In this document: positions 42,292 through 50,771 of the stretch, piece by piece
Numbering within the stretch: position 1 is the stretch's first letter
How the letters are laid out: the number at the start of each line of letters is the position of its first letter
NCBI GenBank assembly: GCA_947479645.1
Contig: CANKAJ010000004.1
Location: 7,201-71,200 of the forward strand
Length of the DNA: 64,000 nucleotides
From: Betaproteobacteria bacterium
Lineage (GTDB): Bacteria; Pseudomonadota; Gammaproteobacteria; Burkholderiales; SG8-39
Reading direction: 5' to 3'
Notes under the pieces: generated by a model
The model's input: the letters and a program-made list of their open reading frames with translations, nothing else
Told to the model about the DNA's origin: nothing
Database searches by the model: none
Translations under genes and position numbers: made by a program

Positions 42292-43485
42292 ATGGAGAAC
42301 CTTAAGACTGGTGCCGACACGTTGTTTCTGCTGCTCGGTGCAATACTGGTTTTGGCAATGCACTCGGGCTTTGCATTTCTGGAACTGGGCACTGTTCGAT
42401 CCAAGAACCAAGTCAATGCCCTGGTCAAGATTCTCACGGATTTCTCCGTATCGACATTGGCTTATTTCTTTGTCGGATATCTGGTTGCCTACGGCAGTGG
42501 TTTTTTCGGTAATGCCGAAACGCTTTCCCAGCACAATGGCTATGAACTGGTTAAGTTCTTTTTCCTGCTGACTTTTGCTGCCGCAGTACCTGCCATTGTT
42601 TCCGGGGGGATCGCTGAACGTGCCAGTTTCTGGCCGCAACTGATTGCTTCCTTTGTCATTGTCGCCCTGATATATCCATTTTTTGAAGGGATTGCATGGA
42701 ATCAGCAATTTGGTCTGCAGTCCTGGCTCAAGGCCAGTTTCGGCGAGGAGTTCCACGACTTCGCTGGATCAGTTGTTGTGCATGCCGTTGGCGGTTGGAT
42801 AGGTCTTGCTGCGGTCCTCAAACTCGGAGCGCGTGCAGGCCGCTATGGCAAGGACGGCAAGCCCATGGCCGCACATCCGCCGTCCAGTATTCCCTTTCTG
42901 GCACTGGGGGCGTGGGTGCTTGCAGTTGGCTGGTTTGGATTCAACGTCATGTCTGCGCAAACACTGGACAAGGTGAGTGGGCTGGTTGCCATGAATTCAT
43001 TGATGGCGATGGTAGGCGGAACCTTGGCTGCGCTCATTGTCGGGCGCAATGACCCTGGATTTGTGCATAACGGTCCGCTGGCGGGGCTGGTTGCCGTTTG
43101 CGCAGGTTCGGACGTTATGCATCCGATCGGTGCACTCGTGGTTGGTGCTGCTGCGGGCGGTATTTTTGTCTACATGTTCACGGTTACACAAAACCGCTGG
43201 CGCATTGATGATGTGCTGGGTGTATGGCCGCTGCACGGGTTATGCGGTGCCTGGGGGGGGATTGCGGCCGGTATATTCGGTACCAAGTCCCTGGGAGGGA
43301 TGGGCGGCGTTACCTTCATGTCTCAGCTTGTCGGGACCGGACTGGGTATTGCAGTCGGATTCATTGGCGGCACTATCGTCTATGGAGTGCTAAAAATGAC
43401 AATGGGCATCCGACTCGATCCGGAGCAGGAGTTCAACGGTGCCGATCTTTCAATTCACCGGATTTCCGCGACGCCGGACTCGTAA
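42292..43485 (+). CDS. amt: Ammonium transporter (Amt family)
   Basis: ADTLFLLLGAILVLAMHSGFAFLE, DFAGSVVVH, GVWPLHGLCGAWGG. ATG at 42292 is preceded by a G7 tract. The ORF-track start at 42214 is rejected. Confidence 0.9.
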   Translation: MENLKTGADTLFLLLGAILVLAMHSGFAFLELGTVRSKNQVNALVKILTDFSVSTLAYFFVGYLVAYGSGFFGNAETLSQHNGYELVKFFFLLTFAAAVPAIVSGGIAERASFWPQLIASFVIVALIYPFFEGIAWNQQFGLQSWLKASFGEEFHDFAGSVVVHAVGGWIGLAAVLKLGARAGRYGKDGKPMAAHPPSSIPFLALGAWVLAVGWFGFNVMSAQTLDKVSGLVAMNSLMAMVGGTLAALIVGRNDPGFVHNGPLAGLVAVCAGSDVMHPIGALVVGAAAGGIFVYMFTVTQNRWRIDDVLGVWPLHGLCGAWGGIAAGIFGTKSLGGMGGVTFMSQLVGTGLGIAVGFIGGTIVYGVLKMTMGIRLDPEQEFNGADLSIHRISATPDS

Positions 43486-43534
43486 TAATGCATCTCAAGA
43501 TGAGGGGATGGCTCTTTCAATCCTCCTGCAGCAA

Positions 43535-43564
43535 AGGCCATTTCAGTCAATCCTGAAATGGCCT
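43535..43564. terminator. 12-bp perfect hairpin between convergent amt and NUDIX genes (REP-like, related to 23990-24026)
   Basis: AGGCCATTTCAG-tcaatc-CTGAAATGGCCT, followed by a short T-run a few nt downstream on the + strand. Confidence 0.6.
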
Positions 43565-43611
43565 CTAAGAGTCTTTTCCTGAAAGCCGACCCTGGTGGGG
43601 GGGGCATTGAC

Positions 43612-44178
43612 CTACGTTTTGGCTTGCCGTGGCGGCGGATAAAGATCACCAGTATGTACACGGAACTGACGCTCCTTGCGGTCGGCGAAGTAGTGGCGCA
43701 GCGTGGTTGAGATGGTCCGAAATGCCAGTTCTTCCCAGGGGATTTCATCTTCCTTGAAGAGGGCTACTTCCAGGCTTTCCGTACCCGGTCCGAAATCCAG
43801 GTCCAACAGCCGGGCGCGGAAGAACAAATGTACCTGGTTGACGTGCGGAACTGAAAGCATGGTGTAAATATCGATCAACTCGATACGTGCGTTGGCCTCT
43901 TCGAGCGTTTCGCGCATCGCCGCCTGGCCCGTTGACTCTCCGAGTTCCATGAAGCCTGCCGGTAGTGTCCATTGTCCAAGTCGTGGCTCGATGGCGCGCC
44001 GGCACAGCAGAATCTTGTCTTCCCACTCCGGGATGGCGCCAATCACCATCAGCGGATTGCGGTAATGAATGGTGCCGCAATTGTCACAGACATGCCGGGG
44101 CTTATCGTCGCCGGCGGGTATGCGAATTACGACTTTGGTGCCGCAGTTGTCACAGAAATTCATATTGATCAAGGTCAT
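43612..44178 (-). CDS. NUDIX hydrolase with N-terminal zinc ribbon
   Basis: CDNCG...CDNCG ribbon followed by the Nudix box GFMELGESTGQAAMRETLEEANA. Confidence 0.8.
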   Translation of the reverse strand: MTLINMNFCDNCGTKVVIRIPAGDDKPRHVCDNCGTIHYRNPLMVIGAIPEWEDKILLCRRAIEPRLGQWTLPAGFMELGESTGQAAMRETLEEANARIELIDIYTMLSVPHVNQVHLFFRARLLDLDFGPGTESLEVALFKEDEIPWEELAFRTISTTLRHYFADRKERQFRVHTGDLYPPPRQAKT

Positions 44179-44495
44179 TGGATGAGGATTGCGATCCTAT
44201 GATATCTGAAGTGCCATTAAAACCCGGCGCGAAATAATGGATCTCTGAAAGATTCAATCCGGATTTCGAGTGGCATCAGGTGTAGCCCAATCCGATCACC
44301 ATTCAGAATGGCGAGGTGATCGCCAAAGCGTTAATCCTCTTTAGAGGGGAGTCGGAATCATGAATACGTGCTGACACATCTCCTGGACGGAGCGTTGTTT
44401 TTACTTCGAACGTCAGCGACACGCCTGTCTGACGTCTGTTACCGTGAGCCTGGCATAAGCGTCATGTCACACTGTCTGATCCCGACTAATGGGAC

Positions 44496-44524
44496 GCGCA
44501 ATTGCAATGAAATTGCCGCTTTTT
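44496..44524 (+). terminator. Candidate intrinsic terminator or attenuator with no annotated upstream gene
   Basis: GCG-GCAATT / AATTGC-C-GC stem (one bulge) followed by TTTTT. Confidence 0.3.
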
Positions 44525-44561
44525 GTGCCACGAGGATTGCTGGATTGTTCAGAAAAACGCA

Positions 44562-44590
44562 TTGACAACAATAGTTTATTGATTTATTTT
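44562..44590 (+). promoter_or_regulatory. Putative sigma-70 promoter of the mshL-like operon
   Basis: TTGACA, a 17-nt spacer, then TATTTT. Implies a leader of roughly 170 nt before the ATG at 44763. Confidence 0.5.
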
Positions 44591-44762
44591 GAGGTGGAGT
44601 CTGAATTTAACGCGAGGTATTCGCGCTCTGGGTTGCAATGGCCGCAATCGCCCGAATGGCATGGCGTCGGCCTTGTTGGGGGGGGGCCGTTACACGCGTC
44701 GCGCGCTTCGTCCCTCCTTGTAGAAGGCCATTCAACTTACTGTCGCAGACCAGACTGGTATC

Positions 44763-46364
44763 ATGAAGATGAAATACAGCCTGTTAATAGCAGTGATAAC
44801 TATCACCGGCTGTTCGTCTTATTCTCCTTCGTTAATTCGTCAAGATGATCATATTCGTGGCGATGCTGAGCGTCCTTTTGTGGAGGCAGTCCCGCGCCAA
44901 TCAATGGCAGTCAATGATGCCTTGATGCCACCGCTACGCGTTGAAATACCACGGCCGGCGACTGGACAGGTTGAGCAGCGCTTTGATCTGCTTGCGAACG
45001 GGGCTCCGGCGCAGCAGGTTTTCTTCTCCATTGTGTCGGGCACCCGTTTCAGCGCGGTGGTACACCCGGCAGTGTCGGGATTGATCTCAGTCAATCTGAA
45101 GGATGTCACAGTCCTGGAGTCGCTGGATGCCATTCGTGAAGTTTATGGGTATGAGTACCGTATTGACGGGACCAGAATCTACATTCAGCCGGCAGCGTTG
45201 CAGACCCGCCTGTTTCAGGTGAATTATCTGCTGGGTATCCGCTCGGGGTCGAGCAACGTGGCGGTAAGTGCAGGTTCAGCTGATGGCGCAACAACTCAGG
45301 CCCCTGCCATGGCGGCCACAAGTGCGCAGGTAGGTCAGGCTGTAATGGCTGTATCGATGAAGGCGCAGAGTGATTTCTGGGCTGAACTGGGCAGTTCGCT
45401 GCGCCAGCTGGTCGGTAAGGCGGATGGTCGTAATGTGATATTGAATCCGCAAAGTGGAGTGGTTGTGATTCGGGCCATGCCCGATGAGTTAAGGGCGGTC
45501 GAGGCTTATCTGAAGGCGATGCGCCTTTCGGTCGAACGTCAGGTCATTATCGAAGCCAAGATCGTTGAAGTGACGCTGAACGAAGGCACTCAAGCGGGGG
45601 TGAACTGGGCGGCTTTGGGTGCGGCAAATATTGCAGGGGGCGGATCGGGATCGCCGCTGTCGTCGGGCAACGGAACGCCGGGACTGGCGTTTCTGACGAA
45701 GGACTTTGCGTCGTTGCTCCATTTTCTGGAATCACAGGGCGCGGTACAGGTTCTGTCCAGTCCGCGGGTCGCGACGATCAACAACCAGAAAACCGTGCTT
45801 AAGGTTGGACTTGATCAGAATTATGTGAGCCAGGTCCAGGCCACGCCAGTCGTCAATCCGGCCACAGGTGCTCAGGCCGGAGTCAGCTTTTCTCCCACCC
45901 TGTCGCCCTATTTTTCCGGAGTGTCACTGGACATCACCCCGCAGATCAATGAAGACGGCAATATCCTATTGCACATTCATCCCCTGGTGAGCAGAGTGGA
46001 TAATGGATCTCTGCCATTCAATTTCGGCATTGGGCTTGGCCAGCAAAACCTGACCATCGCGAAAACCACGATCAACGAGGCGGATACGATACTCAGGGTT
46101 CAGGACGGGAATATCGTGGCCCTGGGCGGTCTGATGCAGATCAGTCTGGAAGGCGGATTGCCAGTCAATACGCGAATCCAGGACGCCGCGAGTGCGGGCC
46201 TGTCTGATGGCAATCGGGCCCGATCTGCGCTGAAGAAGGAACTGGTCATTCTCATCAAGCCCACCGTGCTGCAAAGCGACCGCAATTGGGAACAAAACCT
46301 CCTGGACGGGCTTGGCCGATTTCAAGGGTATGGCGGGCCCGCCGGGTTTGAGCAGGCCAAGTGA
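44763..46364 (+). CDS. mshL: Lipoprotein secretin, MshL-like (GspD/PilQ superfamily)
   Basis: Lipobox LIAVITITGC. N-terminal block FDLLANGAPAQQVFFSIVSGTRFSAVVHP..VNLKDVTVLESLDAIREVYGYEY..LQTRLFQVNYL is typical of MshL. C-terminal secretin domain (VLSSPRVATINNQKTVLKVG...). Confidence 0.8.
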   Translation: MKMKYSLLIAVITITGCSSYSPSLIRQDDHIRGDAERPFVEAVPRQSMAVNDALMPPLRVEIPRPATGQVEQRFDLLANGAPAQQVFFSIVSGTRFSAVVHPAVSGLISVNLKDVTVLESLDAIREVYGYEYRIDGTRIYIQPAALQTRLFQVNYLLGIRSGSSNVAVSAGSADGATTQAPAMAATSAQVGQAVMAVSMKAQSDFWAELGSSLRQLVGKADGRNVILNPQSGVVVIRAMPDELRAVEAYLKAMRLSVERQVIIEAKIVEVTLNEGTQAGVNWAALGAANIAGGGSGSPLSSGNGTPGLAFLTKDFASLLHFLESQGAVQVLSSPRVATINNQKTVLKVGLDQNYVSQVQATPVVNPATGAQAGVSFSPTLSPYFSGVSLDITPQINEDGNILLHIHPLVSRVDNGSLPFNFGIGLGQQNLTIAKTTINEADTILRVQDGNIVALGGLMQISLEGGLPVNTRIQDAASAGLSDGNRARSALKKELVILIKPTVLQSDRNWEQNLLDGLGRFQGYGGPAGFEQAK

Positions 46365-47257
46365 TTTATCTTCAACATTTCGGATTGCGCGAGCCCCCAT
46401 TCGGGATCACTCCTGATACCAGCTTTTTCTACGCTTATACGAGTGCTCAGGAAGCCTTGAACACGGTTCTGGTTGCGGTTGCCAATGGTGAGGGTTTCAT
46501 CAAGATAATAGGTGAAGTGGGAACCGGCAAGACCCTGCTTTGCCGCAAGCTTTTGGGTACCCTGGATGACAATTGGGTGAGTGCCTATATCCCCAATCCC
46601 GATCTGGAGCCACGTACGCTGCTGTTTGCGCTGGCCGATGAGCTGGGTGTGAAGATCGAGCAAGGCCTGGATCAGCACCATCTGCTCAAGGCGCTCAATC
46701 TTGCGCTGCTCAAATTTGCCCGACACAAGAAGCGAGTGCTGGTATGTCTGGATGAAGCGCAGGCCATGCCAATAGAGTCTCTGGAAACGCTGCGCCTGTT
46801 GACTAATCTGGAGACGGAAAAGCGAAAGTTGCTTCAGGTCATCCTGTTCGGGCAGCCTGAACTCGATATCAAATTGGCACAAAACTCAATCCGTCAATTG
46901 CGCCAGCGCATCACGTTTCAGCACAACCTGGGAATGCTGACGCCCATTGAGACCGAGCACTATCTGGGGCACCGCATGGCCATTGCAGGTTATTCGGGTG
47001 ATGCTGTATTCAGCAACTGGGCGGTGCGCTCGCTCCACCGGGCCAGCCGCGGTGTGCCACGGCTGATCAACATTCTGGCCAACAAGTCATTGATGCTGGC
47101 CTATGGTGCAGGCGTCAGGCGTGTAAGTTGGGAGCATGTCCGTGCAGCGGTCCGCGACACGCCGGCCGCAACCGGATTGAGGCAGGTGTGGACTTGGCTG
47201 GCTCTGGCATGCGTGGCATGCTCCAGCATCGGTTGGTTATTCATCAGGAGACTGTAG
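46361..47257 (+). CDS. mshM: ExeA/MshM-type AAA ATPase
   Basis: MIYLQHFGLREPPFGITPD N-terminus, P-loop GEVGTGKT, Walker B VLVCLDEAQ. GTGA overlap with the secretin gene. Confidence 0.8.
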   Translation: MIYLQHFGLREPPFGITPDTSFFYAYTSAQEALNTVLVAVANGEGFIKIIGEVGTGKTLLCRKLLGTLDDNWVSAYIPNPDLEPRTLLFALADELGVKIEQGLDQHHLLKALNLALLKFARHKKRVLVCLDEAQAMPIESLETLRLLTNLETEKRKLLQVILFGQPELDIKLAQNSIRQLRQRITFQHNLGMLTPIETEHYLGHRMAIAGYSGDAVFSNWAVRSLHRASRGVPRLINILANKSLMLAYGAGVRRVSWEHVRAAVRDTPAATGLRQVWTWLALACVACSSIGWLFIRRL

Positions 47258-47261
47258 CAGC

Positions 47262-48563
47262 GTGAGCCTGATCAACAAGATGTTGCAGGAATTGGACAGG
47301 CGTCATGCCGCTCAAGCAGGTGCGGCAACGGCCGCGCCTGCGTCTGCCCAGATCGCCCGGAATATCCGGTCGGTCAAAGAGCAGCGTTTTGGCTCGGATA
47401 TGTTTTGGTGGGTTATGGCGGGTGCAATGTTAGTTGCCATTGCCTGGTTGCTTTGGGTAATGTGGCAGTTGACCCCGCATACGGTGGTCAACGAAGGGGT
47501 GCTGCGTGCAGCGACCCGGTCTGGCACTTCGGTAAATGAACGGACCGAAATAACGACGGGCGCCTCAATGTCGGGGTCTGAAAATTTGCCAGTGCAATCG
47601 CCTGCTGTGGCAGTGCCTGAACCCCGCTCTTCAGGATTGGGAAATCTGCCGCCGATTATGCCGCAACAGACGCGACTCGACATGCTGAGGCTGGCCACCG
47701 AAATCACAACGCCAATTACTGCGAGGACTGCGCGCGTTGCGCCACGAGTCGATGGCGCTGACATGGGTAAGGGAGGGCATGATCCAGTCAATACGCGACG
47801 CCCATCGACTGCAGCCTCCCCGGCCAGGTCAGGCACAGCCAGTGGGACGCTGAGTACTGCGACGAACCCGGGTAATACGGTGGCCTCGGCGCGCATCGAG
47901 CCGTCCCCGACTGCGCGCGCATCCACTCCATCGGCGGCGAGTCCAATCAGCGGTGGGGTCGACAAACGTAATTCTGTGCCTGCGGTTCTAAACGCACGTG
48001 AGCATGCCGAAGCCGATTACCGGCGTGCAATGGTGCTGATCAACCAGGGAAGGGTATCCGAGGGGATGGAAGGATTGCGCCAGGCACTCGCCGCGGACGG
48101 CAGTTATGAGACGGCCCGGCAGACTCTGGTTGCGCTGCTGGTAGAGCAACGACGCATGGATGACGCGGTTGTGGTTCTGCAGCAGGGGCTGGATCTGAAT
48201 CCGGCTAACAGCAGTTCAGCAATGTTGTTGGCGCGAATCCTGGTGGAGCGCCAGGATCTCGCGGGTGCGCTTGCATTGATGCAGAAACATGCGTCTGCCG
48301 CGTCCGGGAATGCGGACTACCATGCCTTCTCCGGGGCGATTTACCAGCGATTGGGGCGTCACAAAGAGGCCATCGATGCATATCAGTTGGCATTGCGTCT
48401 GTCGCCTCATTCTGGAACTTGGTGGGCGGGGTTGGGGATTTCGCAGGAAGCTTCAGGTTTCAGGAAGGATGCGATCGAGGCTTTCCGACGTGCACGTTCC
48501 GCCGGGGGCCTCAGCGTGGAACTGCTGAACTACGTGGATCAGCGCTTGCGACAGTTGCAGTAA
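47262..48563 (+). CDS. mshN: TPR-repeat protein, MshN-like
   Basis: MSLINKMLQELDRR N-terminus, one TM helix, an Ala/Pro/Ser/Thr-rich linker and C-terminal TPR repeats. GTG start 4 nt after the mshM-like stop. Confidence 0.65.
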   Translation: MSLINKMLQELDRRHAAQAGAATAAPASAQIARNIRSVKEQRFGSDMFWWVMAGAMLVAIAWLLWVMWQLTPHTVVNEGVLRAATRSGTSVNERTEITTGASMSGSENLPVQSPAVAVPEPRSSGLGNLPPIMPQQTRLDMLRLATEITTPITARTARVAPRVDGADMGKGGHDPVNTRRPSTAASPARSGTASGTLSTATNPGNTVASARIEPSPTARASTPSAASPISGGVDKRNSVPAVLNAREHAEADYRRAMVLINQGRVSEGMEGLRQALAADGSYETARQTLVALLVEQRRMDDAVVVLQQGLDLNPANSSSAMLLARILVERQDLAGALALMQKHASAASGNADYHAFSGAIYQRLGRHKEAIDAYQLALRLSPHSGTWWAGLGISQEASGFRKDAIEAFRRARSAGGLSVELLNYVDQRLRQLQ

Positions 48564-48679
48564 TGCAGCAGCAAGTGCGCAGGGGATGACCAGGCGATTT
48601 CTAGCTGACATATTATGATCGTTTTAAACAATAAATATCTTATAATAAACATATGAAAACAGTATTGTTATCATAACAT

Positions 48680-49429
48680 ATGCCTTCGCCATTTCCTCCG
48701 CAACTCATACAGGCATTACGCAACGCGCGCAGCGTAACAGTACTGACAGGGGCCGGCATTTCCTCCGAAAGTGGTGTGCCCACCTTTCGCGATCCCCAGG
48801 CGGGTCTGTGGTCGCGATTTCGTCCCGAGGACCTTGCCAACGCGGCTGCATTTCGGCGAAACCCCCAGTTGGTCTGGGATTGGTATGCATGGCGCCGTAG
48901 CCTGGTTGCTGACGTAGCTCCGAATGTGGGGCATCTGGCACTGGCGAAACTTGAAGCACGCGTACCCGAGTTCACGCTGCTAACCCAGAATGTCGATGGC
49001 CTGCACAGTCGCGCCGGCAGCCGCAATGTCATTGAATTGCACGGCAGCCTCATGCGTAACCGGTGCCTTGACGAGAATGTTGTTGTCGAACCGGCCGCAG
49101 GTGACGAAGGACGCCCGCCGAAATGTCCACGCTGCGGCGGCCTGCTGCGTCCGGACGTGGTGTGGTTTGGTGATCCGCTCGCGCCGGCCGCTTTGACGGC
49201 TGCTCAGGAGGCTGCGGTTCGCTGTCAGTTGTTTTTCTCGGTGGGCACTTCTTCAATGGTGAATCCGGCGGCACAACTGCCCATGCTTGCGCTGCAGGGC
49301 GGGGCCACGGTTATTGAAATCAATCCTGAGCCGACGCGTATCTCCGATGCCGTCCACCTGAGTGTGCGGGGGGCGGCAGGCGCGGTGTTGTCAGGTCTGG
49401 TGATGGTCGCCTGGCCGGATGCTGTGTGA
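48680..49429 (+). CDS. cobB: NAD-dependent protein deacylase (Sir2 family, CobB type)
   Basis: GAGISSESGVPTFRD, QNVDGLH, zinc ribbon CPRCGG. Stand-alone gene of 249 aa. Confidence 0.9.
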   Translation: MPSPFPPQLIQALRNARSVTVLTGAGISSESGVPTFRDPQAGLWSRFRPEDLANAAAFRRNPQLVWDWYAWRRSLVADVAPNVGHLALAKLEARVPEFTLLTQNVDGLHSRAGSRNVIELHGSLMRNRCLDENVVVEPAAGDEGRPPKCPRCGGLLRPDVVWFGDPLAPAALTAAQEAAVRCQLFFSVGTSSMVNPAAQLPMLALQGGATVIEINPEPTRISDAVHLSVRGAAGAVLSGLVMVAWPDAV

Positions 49430-49481
49430 CGATCCGCGTAGAAATCATCGAGTTCAAATAACGCAATTGACCGGAGCCGGG

Positions 49482-50606
49482 TCAGTTGCCCGGCCTGATG
49501 GTGGCGGCGGGCACAGGTTTAAACCGGCCATTCCAGTCAACACTGAACCGGCCGCGCGGGACTCCATTGACACGATTTTCTGCGAGCCACTCCATGGATA
49601 CGGCATGAAGTACGTGGCGCTGCTTTTCCCAGATCATGAAATGTGACGCGCTGTCGACCCGAACGTATGCCTTGTTTTTGGATCCGAGTTGGTCATAAGC
49701 CTTTAGCCTGACTTCCGGTTTGTCCAATTCACCGGTAACGATCAGCACCGGTGCCTTGACGCTCGCTGCCATCTCGGGAGTCCAGCCCGAGCGTGTGCGA
49801 TTGGGGCTGCGCATGACGCCGCCGGGCGGCCCCCAGGACGCGCCAATTGCGTCCCACTGCATGATCTGCTTCCAGATCACATCGCGCACGCCCGGCGCCA
49901 CCTGACCACGGCGACCGACGTTGGGATCCCAGCGGTCTTGCTCCAGTTCTTTACGCGTCTGGATTTTGGTCGGAGCGCCACGTCCGGGTTGTTCCGGAAT
50001 GTTCTTTAATCCGGGGTCGGGGGCAGATGGCGCGAACAAAACAATCCGGTCCACCTTGTCCGGGTGGAGCGCGGCATAGCCGCCGGCACGTGGCCCGCCG
50101 GCCGACCATCCGATCAAGTGGACTTTCCTGACCTTGTTGATGATCATGAGCTGGTCTATGACCGAGTCCATCTCTGCCCAGTCGCTGTGGATGGTGTGTG
50201 AATGCCATGGGTAGTTGGGCGGGCAGGGGGCCTTGAGTTGCCTTGGAACGAGAACACCCTGGCTTTCAGAATCAACGTTGGCCGGATCATCCATCATGGG
50301 CCGTGGCGACGAGCCGTAGCCGCTAAGGTCCAGCCCGTAGACGTTAAATCCCGCCAGGGCAAGGTAAGCCATCCAGCTGTAATCCCGGTAATCAAGGTCG
50401 AACGCAGGTACGACTGGCACGTTGCCGCCATGCACGAAGAGCAAAACGCGCCCCTTGCCTGGCCCGTTCTTGGCTCGTGCCGTGCTAGCTGAAATTTTCT
50501 GGCGCACGTGGATACCGACCAGTTGGCCGGCATTGGCACGCACGGTGGAAATATGCGGTACAAAAAAGTCCCGTGTAATCAACATGTCGTCGTTGCTGTT
50601 TTTCAT
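49482..50606 (-). CDS. Alpha/beta-fold hydrolase
   Basis: Oxyanion-type LLFVHGG and nucleophile elbow GWSAGG. ATG at 50606 is preceded by AAGGAGGGGG. The ORF track extends to 50648. Confidence 0.75.
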   Translation of the reverse strand: MKNSNDDMLITRDFFVPHISTVRANAGQLVGIHVRQKISASTARAKNGPGKGRVLLFVHGGNVPVVPAFDLDYRDYSWMAYLALAGFNVYGLDLSGYGSSPRPMMDDPANVDSESQGVLVPRQLKAPCPPNYPWHSHTIHSDWAEMDSVIDQLMIINKVRKVHLIGWSAGGPRAGGYAALHPDKVDRIVLFAPSAPDPGLKNIPEQPGRGAPTKIQTRKELEQDRWDPNVGRRGQVAPGVRDVIWKQIMQWDAIGASWGPPGGVMRSPNRTRSGWTPEMAASVKAPVLIVTGELDKPEVRLKAYDQLGSKNKAYVRVDSASHFMIWEKQRHVLHAVSMEWLAENRVNGVPRGRFSVDWNGRFKPVPAATIRPGN

Positions 50607-50771
50607 TGCCCCCTCCTTTTTTGGGTATCGCAGGCATGGAAGTCGCACGCCCAGCCTGTTGCATCAGCAGTCACGCACAGGCCCCTCGGTGACGGCAGTA
50701 TGAATGGTGTGGGAACTTTGGCAATCTCCACGAGTGGCTTTGTAGCGCCGACAAGTCGAGTCGGGTTAAAA

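Noticed and set aside
44590-44762. c-di-GMP (GEMM) riboswitch in the mshL-like leader
   Set aside because: I could not find the conserved GEMM-I core elements (the GCAAA/ACGCAAAGC-type tetraloop-receptor pattern) by eye. A covariance-model scan would be needed to exclude it formally.
48680-49429. Sir2-domain gene as an anti-phage defence component (Thoeris/DSR/SIR2-HerA-like)
   Set aside because: It is a compact 249-aa CobB/SIRT5-type deacylase with an intact zinc ribbon. It has no fused sensor domain and no partner gene (TIR, HerA, pAgo). This is a housekeeping type.
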